Source: Syncephalis fuscata S228 (taxonomy: Eukaryota > Fungi > Zoopagomycota). From it: 64,000 nt of DNA. The stretch spans positions 310,001 to 374,000 of the forward strand of contig JAHLTZ010000018.1 in the NCBI GenBank assembly GCA_025786725.1, in the 5' to 3' direction. The notes under the pieces were generated by a model. That model did not search any database. It was not told the DNA's origin and worked only from the letters and a program-made list of their open reading frames with translations. A program made the position numbers and the translations under genes. Shown here one piece after another: positions 26,753 through 40,227 of this stretch. Within the stretch, counting starts at the first letter, position 1; every line of letters starts with the position of its first letter.

Positions 26753-29459
26753 ATGGGCGATAGTAACAACTGTAGTACCAATAGCTTTCCTATAGGACAA
26801 TTTTGTCCGTCCACTACACAAGCGTCTCCTTCCTCTTTCTTACCAGAAGAGAATTCTAAAGAACTATCTCAGGGTCGTCCGTTACGTAGACCGCGACAGT
26901 TGTCACTTACCGAATGCTCAGCTCCATTGCAGTTAGCAAAAACTGGACACCAGCGCTCTTGTTCACTTTCAGATTCCACAACAACAACAACAACTTTATA
27001 CTCCGTTTCCTGGTCAACTAACAACAACAACGACAATAGCACCAATAACACCAATATTATTATCAATAATAATAGCCATAGCCATAGCAATATTAATAAT
27101 AACTATCAACATCATAGTAGTATATCAGAAATGGCCACAGATGAGCCAGATGTAAAAAGTATGGATCATGAATTGGCCACTTTATCAACATCAGCTCTTC
27201 ACCAATAACACCAAATGATCCAATGGCTATGGATCCCATCTCATCACATGAAAGTGAAAATAGATCCGAAGGACTTGCTATGACTGTACCTAGTAAATCT
27301 GAACCATTAATCAGTTCAAGTAACCGTGGTCACCATTATAATAGTAGCAGCAGCAATAACAGCAATAATAATGGTAATAGTGGCCATACTTCCAACTCTG
27401 CTCCAGCGCCTCTACATATGTCTATACGTACAGGAAGAGAGTTACCGATACATCAGTCTACTTCAATGATATCGCCACAGTCTATTCTACCAATGCCTAT
27501 TCCACCAAGACCATCGTCACCGCCTAATATGACATGGAATTTGGCCCGTCGTAAACGGCGAGCTACTTCGGCATCACCTGGACCGCAGCCGCATCGGCGT
27601 TTACGATTGCGCTCCCCACCAATGGCCCACCCGTATAACAACTACCATTCACCGTGTGGATCACCAACTACGGCAGGTTATCGGCTGGGTACTGTGCCGA
27701 CAATTGCAGGTGATCCAGCAATAACAACATTCCCGCCACCATTCTTTCCTAATAGCGTTAATGCTTTTCTATCTCCGGCTACCTTTTCCACTATGGGAGG
27801 ATCCTCACTTCTCAGTGGCAGTAGCAGTAATAGCAATAATAGTGGTAGTGGTAGTAATAATGGAACAGCACCTAGGTCATTGTTAAGCGGACGGGAAATT
27901 GCTATTCCACGACGTGGTCGTCAGCGAGCTGGCTCATTAACACTACTGTATGGTGCAGCCCATGCAGCAGCAGTGGTAGCTCAAGCAGCCCGTCGATCCC
28001 GTGGCCAGTGTGTATCGCAAGAGGAACATTTATTGATGGGAGAGCGCAGTTCTGCACCTAGTGCAACCAGTACACTGACTACTTCATCTTCATCTTAAAT
28101 GAAGCGCCATCCTCTTCATCTTCTTCATTATCTGTATCTCAATCACCTGGATCGTTAAATGGCAGTGAAGGATCACGTTCAGCGTTGAATCAATCAGGTT
28201 CACGAATGATGTCGCCAGCTGCATCAGGTAGAAAGCTATCAGCTGCCCTTGTTGAAGGCAAAGTAAGTTATCACTGCCAATAGACGATATGTTTATTAAC
28301 AATGATTACAATAGCTACGTCCTCGACTATTAAATCGGGTACAATCCATGCTTGAGGTAAATATAACAATGAATATATGAATATATTATACAAATCTGAT
28401 ATAAATTGTATTTAGTCGGAATCGCGTCCTTTAGAACAAGAAGTAGAACGTGAATGTGAATTACAAATGCAGTTACGGGAATTTGAAGATTCACTTGGAG
28501 TCGATCCAAATATTATGGCATCAGAATCTAATATGCGATTAGTAAGTTAATGATTTAATGGTTTAATATTTAATTAAAAGTATTTAACTAATAATAATAA
28601 TATAGCCATGGCTTACTGAGAATGATGGAGTCGATAATACAAATGCTGCAATGGCTACTAATTCTAGTACATTCTTTCGATCAAAATTAAATCCTGAATG
28701 GGATGTAAGTAAAATAAACAACTTTAATTATTATTAATATATTAATGATTTATAATATAGTTTTTCCGTGGAGATCCTTCACCATCACCTTCTTCATCGT
28801 GTATGTCTTCACCTGGTCTCTATCCAATACCTCCAGGTGGTGCTGCATCGCTCTGGAGCACTAGTTATTCAAGTACTACTGGTGGAAATGGTAGTACAGG
28901 TGGACCACGTCGTAGCAAACGTAAAGGTATTAGTAAATAGTATTTATTAATTAATCAACTAACACATAATATAGCATCTTGTGATCGTATGGATCCTTAT
29001 ACTTCATCGTTTTATAAACGACGTGCCGGATCACCAAATATTTCATCTGGATCGCCGCGTATTTCATCGGGTACAGGTTCACCTCGAACGTTATTTGGCA
29101 ATAATCTTTGGTTATCTGGATCGTTAAATAGCCTGCCAGCCAACTCATCTTTATCTTTACCATCGCCATTATCTACAACCGCTGCTCAGTCATCTTCAAC
29201 GGGTAGTCATGGAGAAAGCTGGCCTCTTAGTGGCCTATCACTTGGTCCACCACTACAGCCGTTACATTCACCGTCAGATCCAATAATGATTAGTCGAAAA
29301 GACTCGTTAATTAATATACAAGAAACAAATATGACCTTTAGTAAGATGTCACTGGACGATGAGTCGATAGAGCCATCTATTACTGCCAATAATGGTAATA
29401 CTACAGCAACTACGGCAATTACGCAACACAATAAGCATGGCGAAAACAACGAATCGTAG
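26753..29459 (+). CDS. Ser/Pro/Asn-rich protein of unknown function (multi-exon; apparent 1-nt deletions near 27197 and 28096)
   Basis: Consecutive ORFs are joined by single-base shifts and GT-AG introns. Ordered-looking islands include RVQSMLESESRPLEQEVERECE and RMDPYTSSFYKRRAGSP. Confidence 0.7.
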
Positions 29460-31080
29460 TTTATAAGCATATTCGCTGTTACTGTTTTCTTGTATTTCAT
29501 AAAAATCTATTAGTATTTTGTGTCTATGGATGATTTCATATTTATTGCAGTTTATTTAGCTATTTATCTTGTTTGCTTTGTATTTGATATAATACAAGTA
29601 TAATACATTGCTTTACTTTCTTTTGTTTTGCTCTAATAAAGATTTAATACACTATATAGCTATTTAAGGACACAGTTATAATATTGTTTAAATTTTTGTA
29701 TTGAGCACAGCAATGGCTGTGCAAGCACGATTATGCAGACAAGCAAGCGTAAGAGCACGCATCTACACAAGCAAATGGGACTAGGGCGTTGACGGATATA
29801 AACAATTGCGCGCGCATAGACACGTAAAGTGTGTAGATGCACGTGCGCAACGCTTGCAAAGTGCGAATGCATAAGCGTGCGCGTCCGTCGAAAGTTCAAG
29901 GGAGCGGACCAGTGCGCGGTTAAGCGCTATACTTTACGTAGAGAGCAAAGGTAAAGTAGAAAGAACGTATGTATGCAGATCACCAAGAAAAGATGAGTGC
30001 AAGAAAATGGTGTACAAAAAGACGGCAGTATGAACTGCGCAGTACAAGTACAGTGTATAGTTGTAGAAGATTGCGTAACAGTGACGGCGGCATGTAATGT
30101 AAGCGGCGGTCAAAGTAGTGTGCAATGGTGGTGCGCAATTCATGTTCTATTTAAATAAAATAATCAATCGTTACGTTTACACGCATTGTGTGTGTGTATG
30201 CAGTGTAGAATAATGAAAGATAGATGATAATTAAATAGATGCATGGCAAACGGCACGGGTGGTTCTATCTGCATTGACAGGGCGGCGGCGGCGGCGGCGG
30301 CAACAATAGGGGCGGCGTAATTTATGCGGCAACCTATGTTATATAAATGCGGCGGCGGCGGCGGCGGCAATAATAGAAGCAAAGACGAACGGCGCAATTA
30401 TGGCGCGGAACGTAAGGTGTAGCAGGGAACCACGGAAAGGTGCGGCATACTTATACTAAGCAGAGGCGGCAATTTTTACGCAAAAATTATCTATGCGTGT
30501 ATGTGCTTGCTAATTAGATTATGTTGATGTTGATGCTTATAACGTTAAAAACAAAATGCTTGCTATAAAGAAAAAAGAAAATGCGCGCGTGTGTGTGAAC
30601 GCAAGTAAAAAAAAACAAGAAACCGCGACTCTATGTGGAGACATCGTCAGTGAATATGCTTGAAAAGCAATTAAAGAGAACGTCTGAAAAAAGGTGTATA
30701 TATTCCGATGCACAGCGTGTCTACAGTACGCATCAAGCATAGCTGTTATTGTACTCGTGTGTATATGCACCTTAACAACGACCAAGCGCTGTGCTGTATG
30801 TATGGAAAAGGAAAGGAAAAGCTAGTGGTAACCATAAACTAGCTAATCAATGCCGAATTGAGACTGGAATCCAAGAATAAGAGATGCATGCATATTGACC
30901 GGCATATAAGGTGAGTGAGTGAGTGAGTGGGTAAGCGTGTGTGTGTTGCTGTAGTGTACGGTCAAATATGGTTGACATTTCTAAACGCAAATGTAAATGC
31001 TACGAAAGGAAATGGCAGTAATGACGACAGGAAAGAAAAGTATGCAATACTTTTACAAACCAAGTCACAAATGAATTAAC

Positions 31081-31926
31081 TTAGAATTGCCATTCCAAGT
31101 CCATCCATGGATCCTCAACGGCAGCTGGAGCTGACGTGGGGCGGCGTGTAGAAGAGAAGAGAGTGATGGCTTGTTCGGAAGAAGTGCCGGTGGTGGGGGC
31201 ACTGATTGGTGATTGAGGTAGCATGTCTGGCTCAGCAGCTGATGACTCTTCTTTTGAAGAGCCATTGCGGCGCAATTTGCGGCTGGCAGCAGACATCTTG
31301 CGCTTCATTTGACGCGCCATACGCACAAAGCGACGACGCAAGCGCTCGCTCGTTGGCTCGCGGATTTCATCCTCAAGGCCGGGGTAGCTGAGCGATTGGT
31401 AGGAGTGGTAGCTACGGTTTGAAGAAACAGAGTTGCGCTTGTTGGTCGGGTAGGCCACGCTCGATGTAGCAATAGGTGTTGATGCACCCATAGCTACAGT
31501 GGTAGCGGCGAGCATTTGTGGACGGCTACGACGACGGTATGGGGAACGTGCATCCATAGTTGAAGGATCGGAGAAGAAAGGTGATGCCACTAGCGAGACG
31601 GGTGATGCGGGAGAGAGAGGTGGAGGTGTTGGCAATGAGTTGGAAGCCGAGGATGATGTAGACGCAGTCGTAGAAGACGATGGTGAACGGCAGTACGTGA
31701 CTGGGGATGGTGCACGAGCGCCGTTTGACGCAAAGTAGAATGGATGTGATGGGTAGCTGGGTGTAGATGGTGTAGATGGTGAAGAGATTGAAGAAGCAGT
31801 GGAGTAAGCAGAGGCTGCAGAAGCGCCAGATGCTGAGCGAAGATGAGATGCTACGTCTTTACGGAAGATTTGGCTCATGCGACGAACAGTATTAGCGCAT
31901 GGCGTGAATGGGTTGAAGTGTGGCAT
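31081..31926 (-). CDS. Hypothetical 281-aa Ser/Pro-rich protein
   Basis: Uninterrupted GC-richer ORF with a plausible 5'UTR intron at about 31971-32030. It has a basic helix RLRRRFVRMARQMKRK and ends DPWMDLEWQF. Confidence 0.7.
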   Translation of the reverse strand: MPHFNPFTPCANTVRRMSQIFRKDVASHLRSASGASAASAYSTASSISSPSTPSTPSYPSHPFYFASNGARAPSPVTYCRSPSSSTTASTSSSASNSLPTPPPLSPASPVSLVASPFFSDPSTMDARSPYRRRSRPQMLAATTVAMGASTPIATSSVAYPTNKRNSVSSNRSYHSYQSLSYPGLEDEIREPTSERLRRRFVRMARQMKRKMSAASRKLRRNGSSKEESSAAEPDMLPQSPISAPTTGTSSEQAITLFSSTRRPTSAPAAVEDPWMDLEWQF

Positions 31927-34900
31927 AATAAATTGATCCTTGCCGGCCGAGCGGCTAGCTTTCGTGTATCTGAGTGTAAAAGTAAAACGTTAGTTAGAGA
32001 TGGTTAGAAAAGCAAGTAGGCGGTGCGCACAGATCCAGTTTTCGTTTAATCTTCGGCAGCGAATCACCGTGAAACACGGAGCTTTCGTTTGTATATGGGA
32101 TGTGTGTGTGTGTGTGTTTAAGTGTTTGTGTGAGATTGTATGAATTTAAAAGTGTATAGATGTCCTTTGAACAACAGTCGGCGATATTATTTAGGCCATA
32201 AAGCAAGGGGGCGTATAGTGAAGGGGGAAGGTTAATTAAAAAAAATAGTCATTGTCCTTTACGGGTCAGTTTCCCTGTGGGCTATTTGAACAATAATGGA
32301 CAAAATTGGCATTCGCCAAGTGACATAAGAATATGTACCATGTGGATTGACACAAGGAAGGAAGGATGAAGGAAGGAAAGAAGGATGAAGGCAAGTGAGT
32401 GAAGGAGGACAAGGCGGGCGGCATTATGGATAAAGATAGGGTGAACGTTTCAAAATAGCTGCACATGTATCGCCGCCAAGTTCGGTTGATGTGAAACACT
32501 CTGGCTCGTGCCTCAAGGCGGCTAGAGCCGAACACACACAAATAGCATCATACACATACATGCACAATGGGCTTGTAGCGACAATAGAGAAAGAGAGTTC
32601 TCAATCAATACTCGATCCGTTGTGCACAAATGTAATTATAGTTTTATCGTTCCCCAATGACTTACCAATGAAACAGAAGGACTATGGTATACAGTTATTG
32701 GTAGATGACCGTGGTACACTACCAAAACAAAGCGTTCCGAGAATAAAAGTCGTTTCAGCGTGGATAGAGTTGAGACTGATCGAAGGATGAATGAATAGTA
32801 GTTGTAGGAAGCGCTGTCGGTTTGTATAAGTCTATAAAGCGGTGGTGTTGGTGGTTTAAAGCGTCGGCGCTTAGTTGTAAAGTTAAGGCGCGCTCGGTTA
32901 TATGGCGTAAATATAAATACGCAGAAATAGGCAGTGAAACAACTATAGAATAGTTCAAGTTAATAACCACACATTCAGTTGATTAATAAGTGTTGCATCA
33001 GAGCCACACGGTTCTTATCGCAATGGATAAGACGGTGCTGTGCCACATGAGCAAGCTTTTCAAAAAGAAAAGGGGATTATTGCACAGTTCAGGATCGAAG
33101 GCAGAAGATGTGTGTGCAGCACGTGGAATAACTAACTGCGGCACCAAGTAGTACCGAGTCAACGATGGATAAAAGGCACTAGTCCAAATATATATAAAAA
33201 TAAACTACGTTGATTGTAGCTTTTAGAAAATTTACTAAGACACAATCGGATCGATTGTACAATAATAGATCTATCACTAATAATAAACTACTACTATTAA
33301 CAATAATAATAACAATAATAAGAGTGACGATAGCGATGTATACAGTCTATAATCGATCGCTTCGTGCGTGTATACTGTAAAAAGCAAATAAACTGTTTGC
33401 GGCTAATAAGCGGAAAACAGCCAAACGGTTTCAATCAAAAAATGAATAACCAACTATAAAATGATACTGTCGAAGTAGTAGGAATAACAGGAGAACCGCG
33501 CGCTTTGGAGGGTTCAACAATGTTAATAGGATAAGAAGAAAGGGGCGTTTTTAGGCGTAAACCATTGAGACAACGGCTAGTAGTTTAACAAAAGCTGTTG
33601 TTGTAGGAGAAAGCGGACGAGAGAGAGAGAGAATAACAGATTGTGTATACAACAAAGAATGGAAGGAGCGTGAAGGGGCGATATGGTAGTAATAATGGTG
33701 ACTACAAACAATAACGATAGGATAAAAAAGATAAAATCGACAGATCGAAAGTTACAGCAGTCTAAAGAGGAAAAGTGCTCTCTTTAATACATACGCACGC
33801 GCCGTTCCACAAATGAAGACTGCACGTGCAGACGGGCTTTTGGGGAAGCAAATCGCGTGGCGCGTACAGGCACACCCACACAGCCACACACACACACACA
33901 CACACGGGTACACACACACACACACACACACAAACAAGCTGGATATCATTAAGCTGGATATAATTGCTTAATATGTGCATCTGTTAATGATAAGCACGCC
34001 ACAAAGTGACAAAAGGAGAATATTTTGATAGTAGTGTGTGTGTAGTATGTGTCCTCCCTTACAGCAAATAAATCATTTGCTACAATGACAAGTTTCAAGT
34101 ACCCGACTCTATTTCATGTATGAGGGCGCAGATAAGGATAGAAGCAGCAACAGCAGCAATAGCAATAGTAATAGTAATAGTAGCCACTATTAGTACTAGA
34201 CCACCTTGTTGGTATGTCTGGGCCAATAAACATCCACCCACCCACCTGATACACTGTGGCCTATCGCCACTATGGCGAGTAAAGGCAAGAGAAAAACAGG
34301 TACAAAGGAATGGCAAGTTTCCGATAAATTGTTACACACCGCCTTAGAATGAAAGCATGCACTTGTATCAGAAAACTAAAGACAGAATCGATACGTAGCA
34401 GTGCAAAGGACAATGGTGAACTATAGAGTGCTGCACGTCATCAATGTAGTATTGATCAAAGATAGCTACTAAACGAAAACAATGCCTGCATACCGAGTAT
34501 ATTATTGTTATGTTATTATTCAACGAATAATCACCCAATAAAGTAATCAAGGCGATTTGTTATCATTATAATAATAAAATAATAATAACATTAAAAATAA
34601 AATAATAACAAATTCTGGGTTGGCAACAATGTATCACATGTAACAGGAAAGGAGAGTAGGACAAGTATAGCCAAGTGCCATTTCTGCACCATGGATGAAC
34701 AAGGCATCACAGTCTGTGCACACGTCCAAGGTAGACATGGAAGAATACCAGAAAGATTTGCATGCACCTGGCACGCATGCCTTAATTATTCCCAATTTTG
34801 TATCACCACTCTATGTCTCAATAATAGAAGGCAAGGGAACAAACGATTTATACTATTGGCGCAATAAACACTTACCAAGGTGTATTAGCGAGAAATTTTG

Positions 34901-37900
34901 ATATTAGCGGCTGTATAATAAAAGTAAAGTACGAAAATCGAATGTGTATCGGCACAATCTGATGACTAGTAGTAGTAGTTGTGGTGGTGGTGGTAAAGGA
35001 AATGTAAACTGATGAAAGGGATATTTAGGAGCGCAATAAGCGGGTATATAACGTGCGCAAAGAACGACAGGCGAATAAACGGAAAGAAACGAAAGAGAAA
35101 ACAAGCAGCAAACGTGATGGAAACCAAACTCGAAATATGTGGGCAGTTAAAAATGTCGGTGTTTATATCAAAATACCGCATGCTTTTCTTGTACTCGCCG
35201 GAGATATTTTCGCTAAAGAAAGGTGCAGATTACGATGGCCCTTGCCTACTTGGTAATGATGGGAGGCAGCTTTGTGGTCGAGGGATAACATGTGGCATTC
35301 TAGTCTGACGAAAAGGGAATGCCTTGCGCTACAAGGATGGCTTCGTCTGTGCGAACATTGCGGGCATGCGCTTGATAGGACCTATTTCCGGTCGGCTACT
35401 CTCACCTCGACTCACAACAACTCCTGACATTAGCTGCCATGGATGGTCATTATTACTGTTGCTATTGTTATTATCGGTGCCAATGACCTCGATGCGTGCG
35501 GATGATGAAAGCACATGATTCTCACAAACTCCGCCGAAATGAACCAACAGTGTTGCTCTAGAACACCACATGACAATACAGCGAACATCTATCAGTTTTA
35601 CATCAAAGCGCATGGTTTGGCTGTGCGAAACATTGTCAGAAAGCAGCAATGGATAGAATGGTGACTTTGATTGTTGTATTAATTTAGTAAATGTAGATAG
35701 CTACCAGTTGTATATACACATGTGTCCAAGTTTATTTGTTTTTAATTAAAATTGTGTCGCCGCCACTGCACCCCTTTCCTTGTATGGCTTGATCATTGTT
35801 TAGCAACGACCATTGCTCATTTTTATTTAACTAAGCTGTTGTCCTAGGAAACGGTTATCATAGACTGCGGATGATCGTAAATGTGCGTTTGTGTGCTGTG
35901 GCGCTTTACTTTCCATAGATACTAAAGAGTAAATACTAAATTTGGCAATTGCCATTAATTTGCTGTCTAAATTAACGGATAGAGTAACGAGAATGGTCGT
36001 TCAAGGCAAGCCGCATGGCCAAAATATTCCCCGTGTAGCGTGACGCCAACACAATTGCCATGCCGCATGGAATCTATAATTTCCACTTGCTTGGCCGTGA
36101 TGCATGTGACAGGCATTATAGGATCGATAATAGAAGTTGGCTGTTAAGCCATGTGCGCCAAGGCTTTGACCACTCCAGAATCTTAACTTGACCAATAGCG
36201 ATATCAATTGTAATTGAATGTGCGAGATGGATCCAGTATTCCATGTGCCGCAAGATCGATGAACAATATTTGTCATACTACTGCTGAAAACATTTGTTTG
36301 CAACGTGGCTTTGAACAGATCGTGGCTAAAGATGGCCATCGAGACAAGGCCAGCGGAAGGCCTTTGGCATGAAGGGCTGTTGTAATGTTGTTGAAAAAGA
36401 AAAGTGTGTATTACACACATATTGTGCTATAAAGAAATGTACGCCGAAAATAGCGCTGTTGTATTAATCAAGACGAAATAGATCCCATGAATTATCGGTA
36501 ATGGCATCGGCATTACTTTGTAAAGTAGGACTCGGGCCAAGTCCTAGATTGTCGAAATATACCAATGCGTTCAGTAGCCATTTTGTGCTATAACGTTACC
36601 ATTGGCGTCTTTAAAAAATAATTTTATTTGCTTAAAATGGATAGATTCATGCATTTTTGTTTAACAATAGCTAACAGGTTATTTCAATTAAGTAATAACG
36701 ATGTACTATTTGAGTATGTTTACTAATCTAGTTATGTCCAGCAACAAATAAATCTACTAACTTTAGCTAATATCTAAAATAACAATTTTAATTATTTAAT
36801 GCTTTAAACATGCATGCATGAATATTTGTATAAAGTCTTTATTATAACATTATATTAATTCAAATTATTTTATATCACTTATTTAATAAATATTGTAGTA
36901 TTGTTAGATTTACCAATATTTACAGCACAATACCCGAGCTATAAACATGTTGTAATGATAAATTTGTAAATTTAAACCATCAAAAGCTATAAATAAATTA
37001 GTAATAAAATGTTCCAATAATAGTTATGATTAAAAAATGGATCAGTCGATTTTATGATAGATCCCACGCAAAAAGCGTGATCAAGCGGCAATGTAGTGGA
37101 TTATAACGTTAAATATATTTTAGTCAAAATCATCTATTCAATCATGAGAATAGTTGATACACTTTGCTGCACGAGCAGAATAGTTATAAACTATACATGT
37201 GATAAAGAGCAGCTAGACCATGCAGTCCGCATTTGTTATTAGACAGTCTGTCATGTGTGGTGAGTGATCCATCACATTTAAAATTATTTAAGCAATTAAA
37301 TACATCAAAATGATAGCAATAATAAAAAAGATTGGCTGTTATACTGCTACACAAACTACATAGTAATCATAAAGTGCTCTACATAAATAAACTATGATTG
37401 AGCTACAATCTTTTAATAAATACAAGTTTTAATATAAGTAATAATTGACTTTAACATCATATCTACAGCTCTACCTCATCACATGTATCATCATGCTAAT
37501 GGCGTTTACTTCAGTTCCCAAGCTTTATTACTATTGCTAGTAATCCCATAAGCATTGCTTACGATGGGGTCACATGATAAAGTCAGGCACTAATGCTACA
37601 GCCATTGTCTTACAGTAGCACAAGCCATAAAGATAGCAGCAAGAAGCAGAAGATCAGAATAGAAATGTGTACCAATAATGGACTAGAACAAAATGGACAA
37701 CCAAATTGCACAGACTACGATGTAGATAGAGAGAATGTTTGTGAATAAACGTCCATGGAAGATGACGACTATTCATATTGATATTGGACCACGCATGGTA
37801 ACACAATGCTGTCAAAGGCCGTCTGTCCATTGATCCTTGCTATACCAAGCCCAACCACCAATTTTGTCCATTAACACCAATCAGCGCTATTTTATTGGCA

Positions 37901-38710
37901 AAACATAAAAAACATTCAACCTACATTGTTGAACCATTAGCACCAATCATTGTAATACATCATTAAGCAAATTTTTAACAAAAATGGTTGCTACTTTTGC
38001 TGCTGCTACTTGTAAGGGATTGCACTGTAATTGAATTTATGCCGGAATATTTGCATGCTATCTAAAAACACCTGGTTACACCATAAGCATCTGAAAGACG
38101 CGCGGTTGCACCACTAGTTTATATGGGACAGATGACAAGTTCTCTATCGGGTGCCGAGCATACCAAGCAACTTCTAAAAGGCAGCACCAAAGTCGATGAC
38201 TGGTTTGGTCCTCTACTCATGTGAGGGTGCGTTTTGGTTTATGAAGGGGAATTAAGCACTATAAGTCTATGCCCTGCTACTTTTAGTTGGGATGCTGCAT
38301 ACAAGCATGACGCCTGCCTATTCAAGCTACTTGTCAGGTGTTTGGCGTATGTACATCCACTTGTATGTGTGTGTGTGTATCCGTGTGGGTATATCTGTGT
38401 GGGTGCGTGTATAGCTGCGTGGTTATGTATGTCCATGTATTTGTGTGTGTAAGTTGAAATTCATCGCCTGTACCATTTAAAACCATTTAAAACCGAACTT
38501 TTTACCACAAGGGAACTATCTTGTATCAGTAATTCGTTTTGTTATTTAGCTACCATCAACACACACACGCACACACTTATTCTGTTACTTATACCAGTAT
38601 TCTTTTCTTTCTTAACCACCTTGGTCGCTGTCCACTCCTTTCCTAAGTTTTCTTTTTATTTCTTTTGTTCACGAGTGATACTACCAAATCCACTACTTTG
38701 TTATATCATT

Positions 38711-38938
38711 ATGTATCAACCAGTTATCACTCTAGCCAACGTTTTAGTTCGCTCAGCCTCTTGGACCAAAACCAAAGAGGATGCACTAGCAAACGGCTCT
38801 CGTTCAGGCTCGAGCAAATCAACACGATCAGGTTCTCGTCGCTCTAAGAAATCATCGCGAAGTGGATCTTCCTACTCGGGCAAATCAGCTCGATCCCTAT
38901 CGCTAAGCCTTAGCAGTTCAATGGACAGTATAGCATGA
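38711..38938 (+). CDS. Hypothetical 75-aa Ser/Arg-rich small protein
   Basis: The ATG follows a pyrimidine-rich UTR-like tract. The ORF MYQPVITLANVLVRSASW..SRSGSSKSTRSGSRRSKKSS..MDSIA* has coding-like composition. Confidence 0.45.
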   Translation: MYQPVITLANVLVRSASWTKTKEDALANGSRSGSSKSTRSGSRRSKKSSRSGSSYSGKSARSLSLSLSSSMDSIA

Positions 38939-40227
38939 GCTATTCTTTTCTTTCAGTTTAAATATTTCAATTGCAGCCTAGACTGCATTATTCAATCAAT
39001 ATGAACCAGCGTTTTATTAAATGAAAAAATCGGAGTATACAACAATAATCGGCTGAAACCATGGACCACTGCCATGGCGATAGTTTAGTTGACCGTCACA
39101 CTGCCCATTGTTCATTGTATACCACCTAACAACTCCTTTAACTTGTCATTCGACTCCTTAAAGACTTTTTTCAAAGTCGGTTGCGTACCATTATGTCTGT
39201 AAAACAATAAATCAGTCCTTTTTTCTTTTCAAAAATACTGTGTTTTTATTGGTGTAACTGCTGCTTCTTTGATAGGTTCATTGCGACAGTGTCTAAATCG
39301 TTCATTTTGCTCGTTTATTTTGTGAATAGATTATTAATACAACTAACTAACTCACATACTATACAAGATATATAGTATAATTTTAAATAATATTTATTTT
39401 ACAGTTCATTGTCTTTCTATTTATTGATACATGATTACTTAACGACCTTTGTATTTGCACATTAAGCAAGAATCCATGACTTCGTTTGTGACTTAGTTAC
39501 TTTATTAAACAAACATAAATACAATACAAAAGTACATTAAAACAAAAAGAGCAAATAGTTACTTTATAATAGTCATATATAGTTTAGAAACCTTTATATA
39601 AATAGTATTTTATTATAATGATAAATCGATATTTTAGATATAAACACTTATACTAATTTCACGCTATCTTGTGTAAAGTGGCTTATTGTTTGTATTACAA
39701 TTAACTAATAGCCTATTCTATATCGTATTACCGCCTATATCTATCAAGAAGATGTGCCAACCAATATAAACAAGTCAAAGTCATGCCTACTGGCATATGA
39801 TCAAATCAGATAGCTGACTACGAAAAGAAGATGAAAAGAACGAGTGGATTAAGTGTGTCGTCATTTGCGTCTTCCGTTTCCGTCTTTGCTATTCATACTC
39901 TTTTACTTTTTATCAACTCCGCATTCATCGGTTGTCATTCGTTAGTCTTCGTTTATTTTTATTACGCATTGATTCTTGTTTGTACAAGTGACGCGTACGT
40001 GTAGTATACACGTTTATATGTGCCTGTATATGTGTGATTATACGTACTTTTTTCTAAGATTGAGCTATAACACCACTCCTCTCGTACAATTGTCGGCGTG
40101 TATATTACAATCAACACGTTTATAGCTTGTTAATTGGATCAACTGGTTCACAGTATACAAGCAGCTATTAAACTGAAGTCAAAAAAGTAACACCATTGCA
40201 GTAAACTAGCTGTCTACAAAATAAAAT

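Noticed and set aside
32266-38452. Many 60-140 aa ORFs in the ORF track
   Set aside because: They derive from microsatellites and low-complexity sequence (VCVC, HTHT), overlap on both strands and show no motifs or splice structure.
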